From: Planctomycetota bacterium
GTDB lineage: Bacteria > Planctomycetota > UBA8108 > UBA1146
Direction: 5' to 3'
Assembly (NCBI GenBank): GCA_036338595.1
Contig: JAYZBV010000074.1
Location: 1-23,799, forward strand
DNA length: 23,799 bases
Positions 1-8,290 of the stretch are shown piece by piece (positions within the stretch are counted from its first letter, which is position 1; every line of letters starts with the position of its first letter). The translations under genes were made by a program, and so were the position numbers. The notes beneath the pieces are model-generated. The model ran no database searches. It was not told the origin of the DNA and saw only the letters and a program-made list of their open reading frames with translations.

Positions 1-1193
1 CCGCTGGAGCAGTCGTCACAGCCGTCATTGTCGGCGTCACGACAAACGTTGGGATCGAGCGGTGCACTGTCGTCGCCGTCGGCAACGCCGTCACCATCGT
101 CGTCGGGATCGGAGGCGTCACAGGCTCCATCTCCATCTGTATCGGTTCCGTCATTGTTGACGTCGTTATCCGCAAGGGGACCGAAACCATCAACTCCAAC
201 CGCACAGTCGTCACATCCGTCACCATCCGCATCGGCACAGATGTTCGGGTTGGTGCTATCGGTATCTGCACCGTCGAGGATGCCATCGTTGTCATCGTCC
301 GTGTCACCAACATCGCACTGACCGTCACCATCGGTGTCGGTGCCGTCGTTGGAGACATCGTCGGTGCCACTGGAACAGTCGTCGCAACCGTCAGTATCGA
401 CGTCACGACACTGGGTGTTGACGAGCGGCGCACTGTCGTCGCCGTCCGCTACCCCGTCATTGTCGTCGTCGGGGTCGCAATCATCGATGATTCCATCCGA
501 GTCCGTGTCCGTCTCACAGGAATCGAGGATGCCATCGGTGTCGCAGTCCAGAGCTGCATTGGCAGTGATCTGGCAGGAGTCAAGAACGAGGTTCTCGTCG
601 CAATCGAGGGCATCGACTCCTCCGTATTCTGAGGAGTACTGACAGAGGTCCAGGGCCCCATCGACATCACAGTCCTTGGTAGGATCTGCATCGATCTCGC
701 AGTCGTCGATGACTCCGTTGCTATCGCAATCGGTGTCGCATTCGTCAGGCACGAGGTTGCCATTGCAGTCATCGGCCCCGAGGAGAAGAACCTCACAGGA
801 GTCGATGATGTTATTGCCGTTACAGTCGCTTCCACCGGCAAGGATCTCGCAGGTGTCGGGAATGTTGTTCCCGTTGCAGTCCTTGGCAGTGCCAGCAGTG
901 ATATCACAGGTATCGGGAATGCTGTTTCCATTGCAGTCCAGCGAGAATCCCGAATCGAGATCACACTCATCGGGAATTCCATTGGTGTTGCAGTCGGCAC
1001 TGGTCCCATTCGTGATGTCGATCGTGTCTTCAACTCCATTGGTGTTGCAGTCGACGAGTGGGAAGTTGGGGATCAACGGAATCATGAATGTCGCTGCGCT
1101 GGCATTCGCTCCGGTACAGATACCCAGACAAAGAATAACTGTCGCCAAACTTCTGGCGACACACTGGAGAATACGGGACGGTCCGTTTCTCAT
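1..1193 (-). CDS. Secreted Cys/Asp-rich Ca2+-binding repeat protein (DCNxNGIPDxC repeats followed by thrombospondin type-3-like repeats); 3' end runs off the window
   Basis: Absent from the ORF track because it has no stop in the window. Manual translation from ATG 1193 (AGGAGG SD at 1201-1206) is open to base 1: MRNGPSRILQCVARSLATVILCLGICTGANASA (signal-peptide-like), then about 10 units such as DCNTNGIPDECD and DCNGNSIPDTCD, then units such as DDDNDGVADGDDSAPL..CRDVDTDGCDDCSSG. The Ser-rich + strand ORFs 28-321, 334-642 and 676-1326 are its antisense shadow. Confidence 0.9.
   Translation of the reverse strand, partial: MRNGPSRILQCVARSLATVILCLGICTGANASAATFMIPLIPNFPLVDCNTNGVEDTIDITNGTSADCNTNGIPDECDLDSGFSLDCNGNSIPDTCDITAGTAKDCNGNNIPDTCEILAGGSDCNGNNIIDSCEVLLLGADDCNGNLVPDECDTDCDSNGVIDDCEIDADPTKDCDVDGALDLCQYSSEYGGVDALDCDENLVLDSCQITANAALDCDTDGILDSCETDTDSDGIIDDCDPDDDNDGVADGDDSAPLVNTQCRDVDTDGCDDCSSGTDDVSNDGTDTDGDGQCDVGDTDDDNDGILDGADTDSTNPNICADADGDGCDDCAVGVDGFGPLADNDVNNDGTDTDGDGACDASDPDDDGDGVADGDDSAPLDPNVCRDADNDGCDDCSS
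10..476 (-). repeat. Intragenic repeat with a 366-nt (122-aa = 57+65 aa) period
   Basis: cagtcgtcacagccgtca...gcactgtcgtcgccgtc starting at 10 recurs as cagtcgtcgcaaccgtca...gcactgtcgtcgccgtc starting at 376. The CDDC motif recurs at spacings of 57 and 65 aa. Confidence 0.8.
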
Positions 1194-1410
1194 GGCTAAC
1201 CCTCCTCATGAACGCCTGGCGATGGTCCCAGGCACCCCTCAATTGGATGAAATTCAAACTGATCACCGGGACCCTCAACGCAGTCCCCTCATGAGGACGG
1301 CATTTCGAGCACCCAGTTCGCTATAATTTATTGTTAACAAACCCATGCGTGGATGCGTCCAAACACCCCTCTGTTGCCGTATCAAAAGAAATCATATCTT
1401 TACAAAGTCG

Positions 1411-1439
1411 ATTCTCTGGGTTTAAACCCAACTAGTCAA
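1411..1439 (-). promoter_or_regulatory. Candidate sigma70-type promoter (TTGACT-N17-GAGAAT) with a 14-bp perfect palindrome in the spacer
   Basis: On the minus strand: TTGACT (1439-1434), a 17-nt spacer containing TGGGTTTAAACCCA (1417-1430), then GAGAAT (1416-1411). It lies in a markedly AT-rich patch upstream of the repeat-protein gene. The -10 box is non-consensus. Confidence 0.35.
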
Positions 1440-1908
1440 TCACGATTGTTTACACCAGTACGATTGTCAACTACGACAGGAACAAGGGGGAAAGGGAAGT
1501 TGGGCGATAAATATCGGCCGACTTCCGATCGTCCGATTCCACCGCCAGGACGGCGGTCCGCATCGAACTACACACCCACCTCGCTCGAGCCATAATCGGT
1601 GCATCGCGCCCTTGAGTGTTGCTCCCTGCGCTTTCAGTCACTTCATTGCAGGAGACACCAGCACTCCCCTCATCTCCTCTGAGATGACAGGTAATACAGG
1701 AACGGTCCGCACAAGGTCCGATATTCCCACAGGTCCTGGAGAGAATCAACCCTTCAGCCGATAGGCCAGCATCGGCCGACTTGGATCCCTCTTCGACCTG
1801 GATGGAGAGGACCGGATTGCCCGTCAGAGGTCGAATTCGAGCAGCAGGATTCGAAATAGACGCTTCCACCTGGCCGAATCGGAGTTTCAAGGGCCTGTGC
1901 AGTGCCCA

Positions 1909-4602
1909 TCATCGAGGAGAATCTGGCGGCCTCAGCATTTCACACATCTTGTAGATCAGGTCCTGGGCCTCACGCGGGGTCAACTGGTCAGGGTCGACAT
2001 CGGCGATCCACCTTGCCAGAGGTTCTTCGGGTGTCGCGAATAGATCCGGCTGAACCACGGTGTCTGCTTGCGGGTTCGATCCTTCGACAGCTCTTCCCCC
2101 TGTCGCCACTGCAGTTGCCGTTTCCAGTTGATCGAGAATCTGCCGGGAACGATTCAGAACAGCTGTCGGAATCCCTGCGAGTCGCGCGACATGAATCCCG
2201 TATGACTTGTCTGCGCTGCCGGGAACGATGTGATGCAAGAAAACGATCTCGTCCTTCCACTCCTTCACCTCGACGTTCAGATTATGAACCTGCAGAGGAA
2301 TCTCATCTGCGAGTGCCACCAGTTCGTGGTAGTGCGTTGCGAAGAGAGTTCTTGCCTTGATCTTCATCGCCAGTTGCTCTGCAATCGCCCATGCGATGGA
2401 GATTCCATCGTGGGTACTGGTTCCTCTTCCCACTTCATCCAGGATGACCAGGGATCTCTCGGTTGCGTTGTGCAAGATTCGAGCGGTCTCGATCATCTCG
2501 ACCATGAAAGTCGATTGGCCCTTCAACAGATCGTCGGCGGCTCCAATGCGCGTAAAGATGCGATCCGCGATGCCTATCGTCGCCTTCTGCGCCGGCACAA
2601 ATGAGCCCATCTGCGCCAGGATCGAAATCAGCGCCGCCTGCCGGATGTAGGTCGACTTGCCTGCCATGTTCGGACCTGTGATCACCGCCAGCGTTCCATG
2701 CTCCGCCCCCAGCGTCAGATCGTTAGGGGTGAAATCAGCCCTCGCAGTGCCACCCCCCACTACAGGGTGAATGGCACCCTTCACCTCGAGGATCGGCTGT
2801 TCGACCAGATCGGGGGCGGTCCATTGCTCCTGAAATGCCACCACAGCCAACGAGACCAGTACATCGATCTCGGCGATCGCTGCAGCAGCTCCCTGCAGCA
2901 GCAGGATACTGTCGGTCAGCGAGTCTCTCAGTGTCTTGAATATCTGTTCTTCCAGAGCGTCCGCTCGCTCGCGGGATCCCAGCACCTTCTGCTCCATCTG
3001 CTTGAGATCCTCGGTGATGTACCGTTCTGCGTTCTTGAGCGTCTGCTTGCGCGTGTATTCAGCGGGAACCCGGTCTCGCTGGGCGTGGGTGACCTCGATG
3101 TAGTAGCCAAACACGCGGTTGTATCCGACCTTCAGAGTTGAAATGCCTGTGCGTTGTTGCTCCTGTTGCTGGAAACTGGCGATCCAGGACACTCCATCGC
3201 GTGAGATCGCACGTAATTCATCGAGGGTCGGGTCATACCCGTCTCGGATCAGGTCTCCCTCGGTAATCGCCAGTGGAGGCTCATCCACGATCGTATCTGC
3301 GATGCGAATCGCAAGATGTTCCAAACTCTCGTCATCCAGATCGAGAGTCAGTTCACACAATCGTCTCGCCTCCAGGTTGGCGAGCAACCGCTTGAGCACT
3401 GGAACTGCGCGAAGGGAGGTTGCCAGGGCCCGGAGATCCCTGCCGTTGACCCGGCCCAGAGTCAATCGAGACGCGAGTCGCTCGATGTCCCTCACCTCTC
3501 TCAGCGTCGTACTGACATCCGTTCTCAGGTCATCGTTACGGACCAGGGCAGCCACCGCTGCCTGCCTGGCAAGAATCGGCGCCATCTCGACCAACGGAGA
3601 CTGCACCCACTCCCGCATCATCCTCGCGCCCATGGCGGTACGAGTGTGATCGAGCAAGCCCAGCAGAGATCCACTCCGTTCCCCGGTACGAGCGACCTCG
3701 ACCAGGTCGAGGGATCGATGACTCGCTGCATCCAACCCCAGCCGATGACCGACACTTCCAGCTCGAAGAGCAGTGATGTGAGGTAAAGCGAGGCGCTGTG
3801 TCTGGCGGAGGTACTCGATCAGAGCCCCGGCAGAGGCGACCCCTGCTCGAAGGTGCTCGACACCAAATCCGTCGAGGGAACTGGTCGAAAAATGCGCAAG
3901 TAACTTCTCACGCGCCGGTTCCGGCTCGAAATGCCACTCCGGCCAGCGCGTCAGTGCGCAGGAGGGGAAATGGGTCTGCAACCACTGGATGTGAGGATCG
4001 GTATCGATGTCGAAACCTTCGGGGATCAACATCTCGGTGGGAGCCACGGCCAGAAGCGTCTCGGTGCCCTCACCCGGCAACAGATCCTCGCAATGGAAAC
4101 GACCAGTAGAGAGATCTACCCAGGCGAGTCCTGCTGATCCCGAGCTGGACGGCCGCAGAGCAGCCAGGTGCAGCGGACGGTGGGCATCGAGCGAATCCTC
4201 CTCGATGAAGGTTCCAGGCGTGACCACTCTGACCACTTCTCGATCGACGATTCCCTTGGCACTTCTCGGATCCTCGACCTGTTCGCAGATCGCCACGCGA
4301 TGTCCCGCTTCGATCAGGCGACGGATGTAGCCGTCCACACTCTTGACCGGCACACCCGCCATCGGGATTCGCTCGCCACTTCGGTCCTTCGACCGAGAGG
4401 TGAGAGTGATCCCGAGGACCTCGGAGACGAGACGAGCATCATCAAAGAACATCTCGTAAAAATCACCCATGCGAAAGAACACCACTTCATCGGGGTGCTG
4501 GGTCTTGGCGGCATGGAATTGACGCATCATCGGAGTTTCACGGCCGTCCGCAGAATCGGAAGGCATCCGCCCAGTTGAAGTCGTCGTATCACCCGGTGTC
4601 AC
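1909..4602 (-). CDS. mutS: DNA mismatch repair protein MutS (MutS1)
   Basis: Motifs TPMMRQF, FFRMGDFYEMF (Phe-X-Glu mismatch binding), GPNMAGKST (Walker A), GQSTFMVEM, ILDEVGRGTST and SYGIHVARLAG, plus C-terminal QPDLF resembling a beta-clamp motif. I chose start GTG 4602 because of the upstream GAGGAGGGGAG SD; ATG 4566 is an alternative. The track start at 4881 overlaps the divergent gene. Confidence 0.97.
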   Translation of the reverse strand: MTPGDTTTSTGRMPSDSADGRETPMMRQFHAAKTQHPDEVVFFRMGDFYEMFFDDARLVSEVLGITLTSRSKDRSGERIPMAGVPVKSVDGYIRRLIEAGHRVAICEQVEDPRSAKGIVDREVVRVVTPGTFIEEDSLDAHRPLHLAALRPSSSGSAGLAWVDLSTGRFHCEDLLPGEGTETLLAVAPTEMLIPEGFDIDTDPHIQWLQTHFPSCALTRWPEWHFEPEPAREKLLAHFSTSSLDGFGVEHLRAGVASAGALIEYLRQTQRLALPHITALRAGSVGHRLGLDAASHRSLDLVEVARTGERSGSLLGLLDHTRTAMGARMMREWVQSPLVEMAPILARQAAVAALVRNDDLRTDVSTTLREVRDIERLASRLTLGRVNGRDLRALATSLRAVPVLKRLLANLEARRLCELTLDLDDESLEHLAIRIADTIVDEPPLAITEGDLIRDGYDPTLDELRAISRDGVSWIASFQQQEQQRTGISTLKVGYNRVFGYYIEVTHAQRDRVPAEYTRKQTLKNAERYITEDLKQMEQKVLGSRERADALEEQIFKTLRDSLTDSILLLQGAAAAIAEIDVLVSLAVVAFQEQWTAPDLVEQPILEVKGAIHPVVGGGTARADFTPNDLTLGAEHGTLAVITGPNMAGKSTYIRQAALISILAQMGSFVPAQKATIGIADRIFTRIGAADDLLKGQSTFMVEMIETARILHNATERSLVILDEVGRGTSTHDGISIAWAIAEQLAMKIKARTLFATHYHELVALADEIPLQVHNLNVEVKEWKDEIVFLHHIVPGSADKSYGIHVARLAGIPTAVLNRSRQILDQLETATAVATGGRAVEGSNPQADTVVQPDLFATPEEPLARWIADVDPDQLTPREAQDLIYKMCEMLRPPDSPR

Positions 4603-4873
4603 GCTGGGCTCTCCCCTCCTCGGTGTGGACCCGACTCGATGGGGCATTCTAGCCAATCCGCAGGCCACTGCGAGCCGACTGCCGACAGATCCAGAAGATC
4701 CAGAATTGGCACAGGATCCGTTCCCAACCCACTTCGGGGGGCGGTATGATGGAGGGTAATGGTCTCCGCTCCCTGACATTCGATCCTGGTCCGACCTGGC
4801 GACTCGACCGATGGAGCGCAGAATCGGTACATCCAGAATGCGACGGTCCCCCGACCGAAAGGTGTTCGCCTTG

Positions 4874-7800
4874 ATGAGCAATTCTCAGATGCAGCTGTCC
4901 CCGAACCACTGGGGCCGATGTTTCATCGCGTCCTGCCTGCTGCTTACCGGAACAATGACTGTACATGCAGATATCACGGCCTGTTCCGGGCTGACCTCAC
5001 CGGTTCCCATCTCGGAGGACGCTGCCAATCCGACCGAGGTCACCATCGGCATCACCACCGATGAGGCGGTCCTGGATGTCGACATCTATATCGACATCAC
5101 CCACGACTACATCGACGATGTTTCTGTCGATGTCATCTCGCCGACGGGAACCACGGTGCGTGTCCACGACCAGGGGGGCGGGTCAAACGACTTCATCAAT
5201 GTCGTCTTTGACGATCAGGGCCCACCCAACGGATCGATCCCATGGGATTCAGGCTGCCGGATGCAGCCCTCTGGACCCGGCACACTGGCCGATCTTACAG
5301 GCACCGGTTCTGCAGGGAACTGGACCGTTCGCTGCCTCGATAGTTACAGCGGAGGAGCCACCGGTGCGCTGAACGATTGGTGTCTCTTCACCTTCGATTC
5401 GGGCACATCCACGTCGGTCCTCTCGGTCGATAATCTGCTCTGCCTCGATGTCGGTGGAACAGGGAATGCCGATATCACCTGGAGCAACCCGATGACCTAT
5501 GACGAGATCCAGGTCTATATCGGCGGTGTACTCGTCGACACGCTCCCCGGAGACTCGACCTTCTACTCTGCCATCGGAAGTGGTATCGGCTCCACCATGG
5601 AAGTGTGCCTGCTCCCCACTTCTCTGGGTGCTGGGCCCTGTGAATCTGAATGCTGTTCCATCACTACACAGCCGATGGCTCCATCCGTGCAGGAATGCCG
5701 CACGCCCGCGTCGGTGGTGGGGAACACGGTGCCGCAGACCGTCGATGTGATCACCATCGGTGACGACATCACGATTGGAGATCTGCAGGTGCAGGTCGAC
5801 CTGAATCACCCGTTCATCGGGGATCTGGTCATCGATCTGGTCCACGGTGGCACCACGGTGAGGCTGCACAACGAGAATGGCGGTGCAGCCACGACCATCG
5901 AGGCGATATTCTGGGACCTCGGTGCAGCCCCGGGCACGACTCCCATCAACTGTGGCTGCCCGCTCCAGCCCACTGGCCCTGGAGTTCTCGCGGATTATCA
6001 AGGCACAACGAGTCTCGGTGACTGGAGTCTCATCATCGAGGACGTGTTCACCGGAGGTGGTCCAAGAATAGGATCGCTCGATTCCTGGTGTATCCGCGCC
6101 TTCGAGCAGGGCAGTGTCACCGATCTCAACTGCTCGGCAGCTTCCGGCTCGATCACCGCTGAACTGACATGGACCAATCCTCAAGGCTACGACTCCTTCG
6201 AGATCTACGCCGACGGTGTGCTGGAAGCGATCATCGATAACGGATCGGCAACCAGTTACACCACCACGCCACAAACGATCCCGTCATCGATTCTTTACTG
6301 CGTCACGCCGCAACTGGTGGGAGAAGTGATCCCATCCAATTGTTGCACCGTCGACTACCTGGTACAGCCGATCTCCGATCTCGTCGCGAGTTCAGTGCCG
6401 GGGACCGGTGAACTGGAGGTGAGCTGGACCAATGCTTCCGTCTACGACGAGGTGAGAATCTATGTCGATGGCGGTCAGGAGGGAGCCGTGGCAGGCACCG
6501 TCTCCAGCTGGACAGGTGGGCCCCGGCCAGTGCCAGGCACTGCGGTCGTTTGTGTCGAAGCATTTCAAAATGGCAATGTTGCGGAACTGGTCTGCAGAAA
6601 TGTGCCGCTGATGGTGGCGAGAGATTTGATGGTCTGCCGCGAGCCGGGCAGCCCCATCAACCAGGCGACCAGCCCGGTGACTGACTTCATTCTGATGACC
6701 AGCAACACTCTCATCGGAGATATTGATGTCCTGCTCGATGTCCGCCATCCGTTTGTCGGTGATCTGATCGTCGACCTGAACTCCCCCTCGGGAATCGAAG
6801 TTCGGCTGCACGATCTACTCGGTGGTGCAGACTCCGACATGAGCGTCCTGTACAGCAACGGTGCCGCCGCCAATGCTCCGCCATATGATTGTGGTTGTTC
6901 GATGGATGCGAGCGGGCCCGGCTCGATGCAGGATTTCGTCAACACCAGCACCCAGGGTCCCTGGGTGATGTCGATAGAAGATGTGTATCCCGGAAATGTT
7001 GCCACCTTTGATCGCTGGTGCTTGCTGATCGATGGCGGCTGCCAGGTGCTTCCGCCTCAGGATGTCTCGGCAACGAGCAATGGCACCGACATCACGCTGG
7101 AGTGGATCAACCCCCTGGATTACGACGAGATCCAGGTGATGCGCGATGGAGTCGTCGTTGCGACAGGATTACCCGGCACAGCCACCTCCTTCATCGATAT
7201 CCCTTTCGCCGGCGCCCATGAGTACCGTCTCATCGGATTTGATTTTGCACTCGGCTGCAGCAATACCAGCCTCCCCGCCAGCGCCGGAGTATCCATCACC
7301 GATGTGGTCTGGATCGGAGAAACCGGTGGCAACATCCTCAGTGGCCTGATTCTAGCCGACAACCTGACCCAGCTCGGGCGGACGGTGATGACGGTCGACA
7401 CACTGGATCCATCGCTTCTCGATAGCACAGGTGTTCCCGACATTCTCTGGTGCTGCCTCGGTACATATCCTGAACGCTACGAACTCACTCCCGATGATGG
7501 TGTCGTGCTTTCCGAGATTCACACCGGAGACAGTGGACTCGACGGGACCCAGGAGCGCGACGAGGTCTCGATCTACATCGAGAGCAACGATGCCTGGGCC
7601 TACGACGACCCGACCCTGTTCGCCCAGTTCGATGGGGTCGAGGACCAGGCCTTTGGTAATGTTGAGAATGGTGACGACTCGCTGGTGAATCTTGTCGGCC
7701 TCGATTCCGGCATGGGCCTCGACCTGACCGCTCTCGATGCCCCCTACTCCCAGGATTCGACGGGCAATGACTACACCGACAGATTGATCCCATGCGATCA

Positions 7801-8290
7801 GAATCCGGATCTGGGTGGAAATCAGGCCGGCATGATCTGGCAAGGGTCGGATGCGTTCGTCGACTACGGCGTGGGCGTCTACTACAACAGCACCATCGCA
7901 CCTGTGATCAGCCAGTCATGGGAACTGGGTGGATACGGTGCCGATCTGTTCCTGTTGCTTCCGCTGTACATGGCCGCCCTCGAGGGCTCAGGGCAACCTT
8001 CCTCGCCTCTCTTCCTGCGCGGTGATACCAACGGCGATGGGGGTCGAAATGTAGCGGATGCCGTATTCCTGCTGGCCAGTTTGTTCGTGCCGGGAAGTGC
8101 TCCAGTAGCCTGCGTCGATGCCGGGGATTGTAACGACGACGGTGGAATGAACGTGGCAGACGCTGTGTTTCTCCTGTCGAGCCTTTTCATCCCGGGGTCT
8201 GCGCCGCCTCCGCCGCCTACCGGTCCCGATTGCGGACAGGATCCGACTGACGACACGTTGACGTGCGAACAGCCAGGAAGTTGCCCCTAG
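4874..8290 (+). CDS. Secreted protein with 3 proprotein-convertase P-domains, 4 Ig/Fn3-like modules and a C-terminal planctomycete-type dockerin-like domain
   Basis: Signal-like RCFIASCLLLTGTMTVHA. P-domain signatures DITHDYIDDV..SPTGT, DLNHPFIGDL and DVRHPFVGDL..SPSG, each ending G.W....D...G..G....WC. Four W.N...YD...(I/V) modules. C-terminal FLRGDTNGDG..NVADAVFLL..LF and DCNDDG..NVADAVFLL..LF. Start uncertain (4871/4874/4889); aaggtg lies just upstream. Confidence 0.85.
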   Translation: MSNSQMQLSPNHWGRCFIASCLLLTGTMTVHADITACSGLTSPVPISEDAANPTEVTIGITTDEAVLDVDIYIDITHDYIDDVSVDVISPTGTTVRVHDQGGGSNDFINVVFDDQGPPNGSIPWDSGCRMQPSGPGTLADLTGTGSAGNWTVRCLDSYSGGATGALNDWCLFTFDSGTSTSVLSVDNLLCLDVGGTGNADITWSNPMTYDEIQVYIGGVLVDTLPGDSTFYSAIGSGIGSTMEVCLLPTSLGAGPCESECCSITTQPMAPSVQECRTPASVVGNTVPQTVDVITIGDDITIGDLQVQVDLNHPFIGDLVIDLVHGGTTVRLHNENGGAATTIEAIFWDLGAAPGTTPINCGCPLQPTGPGVLADYQGTTSLGDWSLIIEDVFTGGGPRIGSLDSWCIRAFEQGSVTDLNCSAASGSITAELTWTNPQGYDSFEIYADGVLEAIIDNGSATSYTTTPQTIPSSILYCVTPQLVGEVIPSNCCTVDYLVQPISDLVASSVPGTGELEVSWTNASVYDEVRIYVDGGQEGAVAGTVSSWTGGPRPVPGTAVVCVEAFQNGNVAELVCRNVPLMVARDLMVCREPGSPINQATSPVTDFILMTSNTLIGDIDVLLDVRHPFVGDLIVDLNSPSGIEVRLHDLLGGADSDMSVLYSNGAAANAPPYDCGCSMDASGPGSMQDFVNTSTQGPWVMSIEDVYPGNVATFDRWCLLIDGGCQVLPPQDVSATSNGTDITLEWINPLDYDEIQVMRDGVVVATGLPGTATSFIDIPFAGAHEYRLIGFDFALGCSNTSLPASAGVSITDVVWIGETGGNILSGLILADNLTQLGRTVMTVDTLDPSLLDSTGVPDILWCCLGTYPERYELTPDDGVVLSEIHTGDSGLDGTQERDEVSIYIESNDAWAYDDPTLFAQFDGVEDQAFGNVENGDDSLVNLVGLDSGMGLDLTALDAPYSQDSTGNDYTDRLIPCDQNPDLGGNQAGMIWQGSDAFVDYGVGVYYNSTIAPVISQSWELGGYGADLFLLLPLYMAALEGSGQPSSPLFLRGDTNGDGGRNVADAVFLLASLFVPGSAPVACVDAGDCNDDGGMNVADAVFLLSSLFIPGSAPPPPPTGPDCGQDPTDDTLTCEQPGSCP

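Noticed and set aside
28..1326. Ser-rich + strand ORFs (28-321, 334-642, 676-1326) and the - strand ORF 449-1039
   Set aside because: They are antisense or off-frame shadows of the Asp/Cys repeat gene, which has an SD, a signal-like N-terminus and coherent repeats.
1820..1875. tmRNA/tRNA-like fragments (GGATTCGA, TCCACC)
   Set aside because: I could not build an acceptor stem or T-arm, and the order and spacing do not fit a standard or permuted tmRNA.
1885..1911. Selenocysteine readthrough of the mutS TGA
   Set aside because: The hairpin loop is only ~8 nt after the UGA, closer than in typical bacterial SECIS elements, and MutS is already complete at this point.
4687..4725. AGATCCAGA tandem repeat and a sigma54-like TGGCAC
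   Set aside because: Only two 9-nt copies with no spacers, so not CRISPR. TGGCAC lacks the TTGC -12 element at the required spacing.
4603..4881. N-terminal extensions of mutS (to 4881) and the P-domain gene (from 4811)
   Set aside because: They overlap head-to-head, lack family motifs, and better SD-supported starts lie downstream. The region is more likely a divergent promoter.
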